From: Anaerolineales bacterium
Lineage (GTDB): Bacteria; Chloroflexota; Anaerolineae; Anaerolineales; Villigracilaceae
Assembly (NCBI GenBank): GCA_036525495.1
Contig: DATDAG010000321.1
Location: 1-20,007, forward strand
Length of the DNA stretch: 20,007 bases
Reading direction: 5' to 3'
The notes below the pieces were generated by a model that was not told the DNA's origin, made no database searches, and was given only the letters and a program-made list of their open reading frames with translations. Of the stretch, positions 1 through 7,770 are shown piece after piece; the stretch's first letter is position 1; each line of letters opens with the position of its first letter. The translations under genes were made by a program, and so were the position numbers.

Positions 1-1
1 G

Positions 2-2023
2 TTCACTAAACCCATCATAAATTTATCAAATGCAGCCAATAGGATTACTGAGGGTGATTTGAGCGCAAGAGCAGAAGTTGAAACCACAGACGAAGTTGGT
101 GACCTGGCACAGGCAATTAACAAGATGACATCTCGACTTCAGCGCACTCTGCAAGGCTTGGAAGAGCGCGTCGCAGCTCGTACCCGCAATCTGGAACTGG
201 CGGCTGAAGTGGGTCGCACGGTCTCACAAGTGCGAGCACTCGATGTCATGTTGAAGGATGCTTGTAATCTCATCTTGAAGGAATTCAACCTGTACTACGT
301 GCAGGTCTACCTAACCGACCCCAGCCAGACCAATCTCATCCTAGAGGCAGGAACTGGAAATGCAGGTGAGCAATTACTTGGTCGCGGTCACAGCCTGCCG
401 CTCAACACAGGCTCGATCAACGGACGTGCGGCACTGGAAAAAAGATCAGTGGTGATTTCCGATACGACCAGGAGCGCCACATTCCGCCAAAACCCGTTAC
501 TGCCTGAAACACGTGGTGAAATGGCCGTGCCGTTGATCGTTGCTGACAAGGTGGTGGGTGTGCTCGATATGCAGACCAGTCAGCCTGGCGTATTGAACGA
601 AGAAGTACTCCCCGCATTCGAAGCGCTGGCTGGTCAACTGGCGGTCGCCGTTCAGAACGCCAACCTGCTCGCAGAAACCGAACAAGCCCGCGCCCAGGTT
701 GAATCCCAAGCTCGCCGCCTGGTACATGAAGGCTGGAGTGAACACCTGGATGCCATCCACAAGCCGGAACACTTTGGCTTCGCATTTGACCACAATCAGG
801 TTGTCCCACTTGCGGATGTGGACGAGTCAGATCTCCCCGAAGCCGGACACGCCATCTCAGCCTCGATCTCCGTGACGGGTGAGTCGTTGGGCTCCCTCGT
901 GGTGGAAATCGACGACGAAGCCCGCCGCGAACAAACGAATGAATTGGTCAATATCGTTGCCCGCCAGGTGGCGCAACAGATCGAAAACCTGCGCCTGCTG
1001 GAAAGCGCCGAGCGGTATCGCTTCGAAGCCGAACGGGCTGCCAGTCTTCAGACCATCGAGGGTTGGCAGAAATACGTTTCATCCAGAACCACAGAAAACC
1101 TGGGATACCTGTATGACACGAAGGAAGTCCGCCCGCACGGTAACGGCCGGTACGAAGACCTATCAATGTTTGCCACGCCCCTCAAGGCTCGTGACGAAAT
1201 GATCGGCAAACTGTCTGTGCAAGGTTTGACCCATGAAGACCAGGAATCTGTTGAGCTTGTCAATGCCGTTGCTGAACGTCTGGGCGCACACATCGAAAGT
1301 ATACGTCTGTTCGAAGAGACCAGGCATGGACAGGTCGAGTTGGACAAACGCGCACGACAACTGGCGGCTGTTGCCGAAATCAGTACTGCATCCTCTCAGG
1401 AACTGGATGTGGACAAACTGCTCAGCACGGTGGTGCAACTGACACAACGCCAATTCGGTCTGTATCACACGCACATCTTCACGTTCAACGAAGCGACTGG
1501 GGAGCTTCAGATCGCGGCGTGCGGCTGGCAGGAAGGCGACAAGCATGAAGGTACCAACGAAACTGTTTCCATCCCGTTGGACAGGGAACAATCGCTGGTT
1601 GCCCGCGCCGCCCGCACAAGAAAAGCCGTTATCGTGAATAATGTGTTCGTCGAACCCGGCTGGTTGCCCAACCCGATGCTGCCCGACACTGCCTCTGAAT
1701 TGGCTGTGCCGCTGGTGATCGGTGACCGGGTACTCGGTGTGCTGGATGTGCAATCGGACCGCATCAATGCCTTCACCGAAGAAGACGCCAGCATCCAGAC
1801 CACACTGGCTTCACAGGTAGCCACCGCCATGCAAAATGCGCGCTCCTTTACACAGGCGCAGAAACAGGCTGAACGCGAAAGTACCTTGAACGTTATCAAC
1901 CAGAAGATCCAAAGCGCCACTTCAGTGGAAGCCGTTCTGCAGATCGCCGCGCGCGAACTTGGTCACGCCCTGGGCGCGCCCATGACCGTCGCTCAACTAA
2001 GCATGAAGGATAAATCCTCTTAG
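2..2023 (+). CDS. HAMP + multi-GAF sensory protein, 5'-truncated by window edge, no transmitter (kinase) domain
   Basis: The frame is open from nt 2, with no stop before the listed Met at 59. The first ~50 codons read as a HAMP linker (PIINLSNAANRITEGDLSARAEVETTDEVGDLAQAINKMTSRL). Two full GAF-like domains are present (cores GEMAVPLIVADKVVGVLDMQ and SELAVPLVIGDRVLGVLDVQ), separated by two ~100-aa repeat modules ending in IENLRLL / IESIRLF. There is no H-box and no N/G1/G2 ATPase boxes. Stop is TAG 2021-2023. Confidence 0.85.
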   Translation, partial: FTKPIINLSNAANRITEGDLSARAEVETTDEVGDLAQAINKMTSRLQRTLQGLEERVAARTRNLELAAEVGRTVSQVRALDVMLKDACNLILKEFNLYYVQVYLTDPSQTNLILEAGTGNAGEQLLGRGHSLPLNTGSINGRAALEKRSVVISDTTRSATFRQNPLLPETRGEMAVPLIVADKVVGVLDMQTSQPGVLNEEVLPAFEALAGQLAVAVQNANLLAETEQARAQVESQARRLVHEGWSEHLDAIHKPEHFGFAFDHNQVVPLADVDESDLPEAGHAISASISVTGESLGSLVVEIDDEARREQTNELVNIVARQVAQQIENLRLLESAERYRFEAERAASLQTIEGWQKYVSSRTTENLGYLYDTKEVRPHGNGRYEDLSMFATPLKARDEMIGKLSVQGLTHEDQESVELVNAVAERLGAHIESIRLFEETRHGQVELDKRARQLAAVAEISTASSQELDVDKLLSTVVQLTQRQFGLYHTHIFTFNEATGELQIAACGWQEGDKHEGTNETVSIPLDREQSLVARAARTRKAVIVNNVFVEPGWLPNPMLPDTASELAVPLVIGDRVLGVLDVQSDRINAFTEEDASIQTTLASQVATAMQNARSFTQAQKQAERESTLNVINQKIQSATSVEAVLQIAARELGHALGAPMTVAQLSMKDKSS

Positions 2024-2051
2024 CAGGTTCCTGTTTGCAGGAGAATTGCCG

Positions 2052-3938
2052 ATGCCAAAGAATATATCCAGGAAACGGGTTGAGAAGTTGTTCTCAGAAA
2101 TACAACAACTTTCCTCCGATTCTAATGGACACCTACCTGAAAATCAGCCTGTACTAACCAAGCCTTTGGGTAGTGGAATACAGTCCAGTACTCCTGCCCT
2201 GTTGTTTCAGGAAGAAATAGATATCTTGCAGGCACGCGTGCTGGAATTGGAAGCGCGGCTCAAGGAAAGCGAAAAGCATGTCACTTCCACGCCCATCATC
2301 TATGAAAAGGAAGAGGTTGGATTTGCCTATGCCGGGGATAAGGTCATGCCGATTCGAGGCACCCAGCAATTGGTCCAGAACGAAGCGGATGTTATCAAGA
2401 CTCCATTGACCTCAAGCGGAAGAGCCATTGGTGAAGTCCAGGTTGCCCAACCGTCCGAACGTCCATTGACCCATGACGATATTAAACTCGCGAACACGAT
2501 CGCTCAGCAAGCCTCGCTTCAGATCGAAAACCTTCGCCTGCTCGCCGCCGCTGAACGCGCCCGCGCTGAAGCGGAAGAAGCCACCCACCAGTTGACACAC
2601 AAGAACTGGGAAACCTTCCTGGACGCCATCCACAACAGCGAACGGATCGGCTATGCTTACGATCAAGCATCGGTGGAGCCGTTTACGAATCCTGCCCCTG
2701 CGGATTTTGATCACGAAGAGACCATGCAGGTGCTCGATCAACAAATCGGCAGGTTCTTTGTCAAGGGCAAGGACGCAGTTTCACGAGAAGACAAGGCTCT
2801 CATCAGCGCAGTCGTTAAACAAGTTGGGCAACAGATGGAGAATATCCGCCTGCTTGCCGATGCCGCGCGCGCGCGCGCCGACGCAGAAGCCGCCACGCGC
2901 CGCCTTACCCGCGAAAACTGGCAATCCTATGCGGAACAAAACGAGACTGAGACGCTGGGCTTTGTCTACGATTCAAACATCGTTACGCCGATTGGATCAA
3001 TCCCAATCCCATACAATAACGCATTCGAACAGCCACTGGTCGTGCAAGGTGAATCCATAGGGCAATTGAAGGTGATGGGTATGCAGAATATTTCGACGGA
3101 TGCAAGAGGGCTTGCCGCCTCCATCGCTGCACAAGCCAGCATCCATCTTGAAACCCTGCGCCTGAATGAAGAATTGCAAAAGCGCGCGCGTGAATTGCAG
3201 GAACTTGACCGCCTAAAATCGGCGTTCCTTGCGAACATGTCGCATGAGTTGCGAACACCCCTGAACTCGATCCTCGGCTTTACAGATGTCATGCTCGAAG
3301 GTCTGGACGGTGAATTGACAGATTACATGGATAACGATCTGCGCCTCATTCAAAAGAACGGACAACACCTTCTGCATCTCATCAACGACGTTCTGGATAT
3401 GGCTAAGATCGAATCCGGGCGCATGAACTTGAATCCTGAAAATTTCAGAATCCACGATATCTTTGACGATGTCAACAGCATTACATCTTCACTGGCAAAT
3501 GCAAGAAACACCGAACTCATCATCGATGAAAAATCGGATGGCGAAGCGGAGATCTACGCAGACAGCACGCGCGTCAAACAGGTGATGATCAACCTCGTCA
3601 ACAATGCGATCAAATTTACAACAAATGGCAAGATTACCATGAGTGTATCCAGGATGGATGGTGCAAGAGTATTGATCTCGGTCAAAGATACCGGTCTCGG
3701 TATTCCTTCAGATCATCTCGAGGCAATCTTCCAGGAATTCACCCAGGTCGATACATCCACCACCCGTAAGGTCGGTGGTACAGGCCTGGGCTTGCCGATC
3801 AGTCGTCGTCTCATCGAAATGCACGGCGGACGCCTTTGGGCTGAAAGCACCGGCGTTGAAGGTGAAGGTTCAACATTCTTTATCGAAATGCCCCTCCAGG
3901 CGCGTATTACCGAAGTAATCGAAAAGCAGGAAAAATAA
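2052..3938 (+). CDS. Soluble sensor histidine kinase (coiled-coil N-terminus, three ~100-aa repeat modules, HisKA + HATPase_c)
   Basis: H-box SAFLANMSHELRTPLNSILGF, with the His codon at 3243-3245. N-box NLVNNAIKFT, G1 VKDTGLGIP, F IFQEFTQ, G2 GGTGLGLPISRRL. No hydrophobic TM segments. I prefer the ATG at 2052 (AGGAG at 2039-2043, 8-nt spacer) over the TTG at 2046 in the ORF track (2-nt spacer). Confidence 0.9.
   Translation: MPKNISRKRVEKLFSEIQQLSSDSNGHLPENQPVLTKPLGSGIQSSTPALLFQEEIDILQARVLELEARLKESEKHVTSTPIIYEKEEVGFAYAGDKVMPIRGTQQLVQNEADVIKTPLTSSGRAIGEVQVAQPSERPLTHDDIKLANTIAQQASLQIENLRLLAAAERARAEAEEATHQLTHKNWETFLDAIHNSERIGYAYDQASVEPFTNPAPADFDHEETMQVLDQQIGRFFVKGKDAVSREDKALISAVVKQVGQQMENIRLLADAARARADAEAATRRLTRENWQSYAEQNETETLGFVYDSNIVTPIGSIPIPYNNAFEQPLVVQGESIGQLKVMGMQNISTDARGLAASIAAQASIHLETLRLNEELQKRARELQELDRLKSAFLANMSHELRTPLNSILGFTDVMLEGLDGELTDYMDNDLRLIQKNGQHLLHLINDVLDMAKIESGRMNLNPENFRIHDIFDDVNSITSSLANARNTELIIDEKSDGEAEIYADSTRVKQVMINLVNNAIKFTTNGKITMSVSRMDGARVLISVKDTGLGIPSDHLEAIFQEFTQVDTSTTRKVGGTGLGLPISRRLIEMHGGRLWAESTGVEGEGSTFFIEMPLQARITEVIEKQEK
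2864..2878. repeat. (CG)7 alternating dinucleotide tract inside the kinase coding sequence
   Basis: cgcgcgcgcgcgcgc read directly at 2864-2878. It encodes part of AARARAD within repeat module 2 of the kinase. Confidence 0.9.
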
Positions 3939-5603
3939 ATGGCAACACCCAAGTATCTCGAATGTAACCTCTGCGGCGATCAACAACCCTACAAACCCTT
4001 CGTGCCTGCGATATGCACCAAATGCGAATCACAGTGGCTGGAAGCGCGGTACGATTACGATGCCTTCAAACGTGAGGTCCTGCGCGGGCTTCCGAATCGC
4101 CCCTCCAACATGTGGCGTTATCAGGATGTCTTGCCACTGGAGGATCCCTCTGCCCTGGACCTTTACCCCGCGGGCGGAACTCCGCTCTGGCTCTCACATC
4201 GCTTCGCTCCCGCCCTTGGGCATGATCTGGTCTACATCAAAGACGAACGTTACGGTTCGACATCTTCTTTCAAAGACCGCCAAGCCGCCGGCGCGGTTGC
4301 AGCCATGTTGGAAAACAGCATCAAAGAAGCGGTCATCGCTTCCACTGGTAACGCCGCTGTGGCATACGCCGCCGCCTGCGCCCGCGCAGGAATCAAGCTC
4401 TGGGTCTTTATGACCAGCCTCGTGCCGCAGGAAAAATTGCACGAAGCCGCCCTCTTCGGCGCAGAAGTGATTCGAGTAAGCGGAAATTACGATCAGACCA
4501 AACAGATCGCATCCCAATTTGCGCAACGACGCAATCTACTGCTCGACCGCGGAGCCACATCCATACCGGCGCGCGAATCCATGAAAACCATCACCTATGA
4601 GATCGTCGAACAACTCGGCTGGCATGCGCCCGACTGGTATATCCAGGCTGTAAGCGGAGGCTTGGGGCCACTCGGTGTATATTCGGGTTTCAAAGAATTG
4701 TTGAACATGGGCTTGATCGATCACATTCCAAAACTGGCGATTATCCAAACCGAAGGTTGTGCGCCGATGGTCAATGCCTTCAAAGCCGGAAAAGATGTCG
4801 CCGAGCCGGTCATTCCTGAAACCAGCATCATCATCCTGTCAACAGGCGATCCCGGCAAAGCATTTACGTATCTATGGAATCTCACACAGCACCATGGCGG
4901 TGTGATGGAATCCGTAACGGATGCAGAAGCATTTGCCGCAATGCGGGCACTGGCAAAAAGCGAGGGAATGGCTGTCGAACCGGCAACATCTGTCGCCTTC
5001 GCCGGACTCGAGAAGTTGATCCGCAATGGTACGATCAAATCTGACGAGAAGGTCGTTGTCAATTGTACCGGTCATACCTTTCCTGTCGAAAAGCATGTGC
5101 TCGGCGATCAATGGGCTGTGGATGTGCATCTTAGTGAGGACCAGTCCCCCGCGCCACATGAAGGCTTGCAGGCAGCGCTCGAAAATCTCGATGAGAAAAC
5201 GAAAACCGTTTTACTGGTGGATGACAATTCAGACGATGCCCTGCTGATCCGCCGATTACTTGAAGGTTACAAGGCTTATCGTGTCTTTCATGCAAAAGAT
5301 GGCAGGGAGGGACTGGCAATGGCTCGGCAAAAACTGCCCGACCTCATCGTCTCTGATCTCACCATGCCCGGTATAGATGGTTTTGGGCTGGTCGAGGAAC
5401 TCAAACTCGATCCGCGCACAAAAGACATTCCGGTGGTTGTTGTCAGCGCGAAGGATATTACAGCGGATGAACGAAAGAGGCTGAATGGTCATATCCAGGC
5501 TGTGTATCAAAAAGGCTCATTGTCCACCAAAAAATTCGTGAGCCAGGTGATCGATGTCATCGAGGAATCAGGCGAAACGCAGGAGCAGGGAGAAAAGGCA
5601 TGA
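3939..5603 (+). CDS. Threonine-synthase-family (fold-type II PLP) enzyme fused to a C-terminal response-regulator receiver domain
   Basis: One uninterrupted 554-codon ORF. The ATG at 3939 directly abuts the kinase stop TAA 3936-3938. The N-terminal zinc ribbon is CNLC...CTKC, followed by the WRYQDVLPLED motif, the PLP-lysine motif SSFKDR (Lys codon 4272-4274), ASTGNAA, the GGLGPLG phosphate loop and a C-terminal NCTGHT. A linker of ~35 aa follows, then a REC domain (nt ~5202-5558) with LLVDDN, the phospho-acceptor D in LIVSDLTMPGIDG (codon 5355-5357), VVVVSA and YQKG. Confidence 0.85.
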   Translation: MATPKYLECNLCGDQQPYKPFVPAICTKCESQWLEARYDYDAFKREVLRGLPNRPSNMWRYQDVLPLEDPSALDLYPAGGTPLWLSHRFAPALGHDLVYIKDERYGSTSSFKDRQAAGAVAAMLENSIKEAVIASTGNAAVAYAAACARAGIKLWVFMTSLVPQEKLHEAALFGAEVIRVSGNYDQTKQIASQFAQRRNLLLDRGATSIPARESMKTITYEIVEQLGWHAPDWYIQAVSGGLGPLGVYSGFKELLNMGLIDHIPKLAIIQTEGCAPMVNAFKAGKDVAEPVIPETSIIILSTGDPGKAFTYLWNLTQHHGGVMESVTDAEAFAAMRALAKSEGMAVEPATSVAFAGLEKLIRNGTIKSDEKVVVNCTGHTFPVEKHVLGDQWAVDVHLSEDQSPAPHEGLQAALENLDEKTKTVLLVDDNSDDALLIRRLLEGYKAYRVFHAKDGREGLAMARQKLPDLIVSDLTMPGIDGFGLVEELKLDPRTKDIPVVVVSAKDITADERKRLNGHIQAVYQKGSLSTKKFVSQVIDVIEESGETQEQGEKA

Positions 5604-5980
5604 AACCCAACATCCTGTATATTGAAGATCATTCCGACAATATGACGCTTGTCAAAAGGATATTCCGACCGGACAGTTATAATCTGATCGAAGCATGGAC
5701 AGGATTTCAGGGTATAGCCATTGCTGAAAGCCAGAATATCGACCTTGTTTTGCTGGATATCAACCTGCCGGATATGGATGGGTACGAGGTAGCCCACCGT
5801 TTACGGGCAAGCACAAAACCCGAATTAGCCAATACACCGATTATTGCGGTCACAGCCAATGCAATGAAAGGTGATGCAAAAAAGGCAATGGACGCCGGAT
5901 GTAACGATTATATGTCCAAGCCCATCAACATTGTGGATCTTTTTGAAAAAGTTGAAACTTTGATTGCAAATAAGATTTGA
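5600..5980 (+). CDS. Single-domain CheY-like response regulator (receiver only)
   Basis: ILYIEDHSDN acidic pocket, LVLLDINLPDMDG phospho-acceptor Asp, IIAVTANA, YMSKPI Lys. The ATG at 5600 overlaps the upstream stop (ATGA, 5600-5603). GGAG lies 7 nt upstream. Confidence 0.9.
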   Translation: MKPNILYIEDHSDNMTLVKRIFRPDSYNLIEAWTGFQGIAIAESQNIDLVLLDINLPDMDGYEVAHRLRASTKPELANTPIIAVTANAMKGDAKKAMDAGCNDYMSKPINIVDLFEKVETLIANKI

Positions 5981-5991
5981 GGTATTAGTTC

Positions 5992-6369
5992 ATGACACAT
6001 AACATCCTATACATTGAAGATAACCCGGATAACACAACACTCGTCAGGCGCGCCCTGGAATCGCGCGGGTATAAACTTTTTCATTCCCCGAACGGTACGC
6101 GCGGGGTCAGCATGGCTGAGGAGGAAGATATTGCCCTAGTCCTGCTTGATATCAACCTGCCTGACATTGACGGCTATGAAGTGGCACGACGTTTGCGATC
6201 CAGCAAAAAACGTGAACTATCTACTGTTCCGATCATTGCTGTGACGGCGAACGCACTCAAAGGTGATGCGGAAAAGGCATTGGAGGCTGGCTGTGACGTA
6301 TACATGTCCAAGCCCATTAATATCCGCGAACTATGGGCACGTGTGGAAGCTTTCGTACCGGCTGCGTAG
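5992..6369 (+). CDS. Single-domain CheY-like response regulator, tandem paralogue of 5600-5980
   Basis: ILYIEDNPDN, LVLLDINLPDIDG, IIAVTANA, YMSKPI. In my ungapped hand alignment, 73 of 125 positions are identical to the upstream gene. The intergenic gap is 11 nt, with GAGG overlapping the upstream stop. Confidence 0.9.
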   Translation: MTHNILYIEDNPDNTTLVRRALESRGYKLFHSPNGTRGVSMAEEEDIALVLLDINLPDIDGYEVARRLRSSKKRELSTVPIIAVTANALKGDAEKALEAGCDVYMSKPINIRELWARVEAFVPAA

Positions 6370-6452
6370 GAAACTATCGTGATACACTCGGGAGACGATG
6401 ATCTGCTTCGTACAGTGTTTCATTACAAGTCAGCATCATTGTTTCCAGGATC

Positions 6453-7619
6453 ATGACATATTCTCATCTTTCTCATTTGAAATGTTCAGGTTGTAGCAGG
6501 GAATTCTCCGCGCGGGAAATCCATACCTACTGTCCTGATTGCCAGTCACCGCTTCTGGCAATCTATGATTTAAAGCAGGTACGCAGCCAAGTGGGCCGGG
6601 ATGAAATTACCCGCCGCCGAAAAGGGATGTGGCGCTGGCAGGAACTGCTCCCCATTGCCGATCAGGAAAATGTCGTATTCCTTGGAGAGGGCGATACCGC
6701 CTTGCTAAGAGTCTCCAATTTGGGCAGAGAACTTGGGCTTGCCAATCTTTTTGTAAAAGACGAAAGCACAAATCCTACTGGATCCTTCAAAGCCAGGGGG
6801 TTGGCGGCCGCTGTATCCAAGGCAAAAGAGTTGGGGATCAAAAAGGTGATTATCCCCACAGCAGGCAACGCGGGTGGGGCGATGGCGGCTTATGCTGCAC
6901 GCGCGAATATTCAAGCTATGATCTATATGCCCAAGGATACACCACGCGCTAATGTTGAAGAGAGCCGTATAGCAGGTGCGGAGGTCATCTTGATTGATGG
7001 GCTGATCAGTGACGCGGCTGGTCTGGCGGGAGAGAAAGCACGTGCAGAGGGGTGGTTTGATTTATCCACGTTTAAAGAGCCGTATCGCACAGAAGGAAAG
7101 AAGGTCATGGGGTATGAACTTGCAGAAGCCTTCGATTGGACATTACCCGATGTAATCATCTACCCCACCGGGGGAGGCACAGGTCTTGTCGGAATGTGGA
7201 AGGCATTTGCCGAACTCGAGGAATTGGGGTGGTTGGAAAACACAAAAAGACCGCGTATGGTAGCTGTACAGGCGGAAGGTTGCGCGCCAGTCATCAAGGC
7301 GTTTGAAAGTGGCGCGGAGTTTTGTGATTTTTGGATAAACGCACATACTCTGGCATCCGGGTTGCGGGTGCCAAAAAGTTTTGCTGATGCTTTGATCCTG
7401 AAAGACCTGCGCGCGAGTAACGGGACGGCTGTTTCGGTCAGTGACGAATCGATCTTACAGGCACAAAGTCAACTAGGCAGGCTGGAGGGGATCTTTGCCG
7501 CACCGGAAGGAGCAGCGACACTTGCGGCGCTTGTGACACTTCTCGAGCAAAAGTGGATCTCACCTAATGAGCGCGTGGTACTGTTCAATACCGGTTCCGG
7601 CTTGAAATATCTTGAATAG
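6453..7619 (+). CDS. thrC: Threonine synthase, archaeal-type with N-terminal zinc ribbon (PLP-dependent)
   Basis: Zinc ribbon CSGC...CPDC, WRWQELLPIAD, canonical VKDESTNPTGSFKARG (Lys codon 6789-6791), PTAGNAG, EPYRTEGKKV, PTGGGTGLVG, C-terminal FNTGSGLKY. The family assignment is solid. Whether this is the housekeeping thrC cannot be decided from the window. Confidence 0.8.
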   Translation: MTYSHLSHLKCSGCSREFSAREIHTYCPDCQSPLLAIYDLKQVRSQVGRDEITRRRKGMWRWQELLPIADQENVVFLGEGDTALLRVSNLGRELGLANLFVKDESTNPTGSFKARGLAAAVSKAKELGIKKVIIPTAGNAGGAMAAYAARANIQAMIYMPKDTPRANVEESRIAGAEVILIDGLISDAAGLAGEKARAEGWFDLSTFKEPYRTEGKKVMGYELAEAFDWTLPDVIIYPTGGGTGLVGMWKAFAELEELGWLENTKRPRMVAVQAEGCAPVIKAFESGAEFCDFWINAHTLASGLRVPKSFADALILKDLRASNGTAVSVSDESILQAQSQLGRLEGIFAAPEGAATLAALVTLLEQKWISPNERVVLFNTGSGLKYLE

Positions 7620-7705
7620 TAATGGCAGTGTATGAAATAACGGGGACAACTAAATAACGATCAGTGTAGGCAAAATTTCTTAGTTCAGGAACAGTTACCG
7701 GGAAG

Positions 7706-7734
7706 TTAGAGGCGGGGCTTGTCAGTGATAGAAT
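7706..7734 (+). promoter_or_regulatory. Possible sigma70-like promoter with extended -10 upstream of the third receiver gene
   Basis: TTAGAG (7706-7711), a 17-nt spacer, then TGaTAGAAT (TG at 7726-7727, TAGAAT at 7729-7734), about 37 nt before the GTG start at 7771. It lies in the only large (151 nt) gap of the operon. This is a motif match only, and the consensus for this organism is unknown. Confidence 0.25.
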
Positions 7735-7770
7735 CATTTTTTCTGGCAAAAATTATGGAAGGAGGAGTCC

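Noticed and set aside
1163-1753. 196-aa ORF on the minus strand inside the HAMP/GAF gene, plus the other listed antisense or off-frame ORFs in 417-1920 and 2154-3952
   Set aside because: They lie entirely within well-supported plus-strand genes and have no SD sequences. Their translations are Arg/Ser/Cys-rich, low-complexity and carry no motifs. These are typical shadow ORFs of a moderately GC-rich coding strand.
2021-2052. Idea that genes 1 and 2 are one kinase gene broken by a nonsense or frameshift mutation (pseudogene)
   Set aside because: Gene 2 has its own well-spaced AGGAG and a distinct ~85-aa hydrophilic/coiled-coil N-terminus that does not continue the end of gene 1. Both frames are otherwise intact. 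I kept it as a split-sensor hypothesis instead.
7622-7657. 11-codon Thr-containing mini-ORF (MAVYEITGTTK) right after thrC, reminiscent of a thr leader peptide
   Set aside because: It has no SD, lies downstream rather than upstream of thrC, contains only three Thr codons, and no attenuator structure follows. It is most likely chance.
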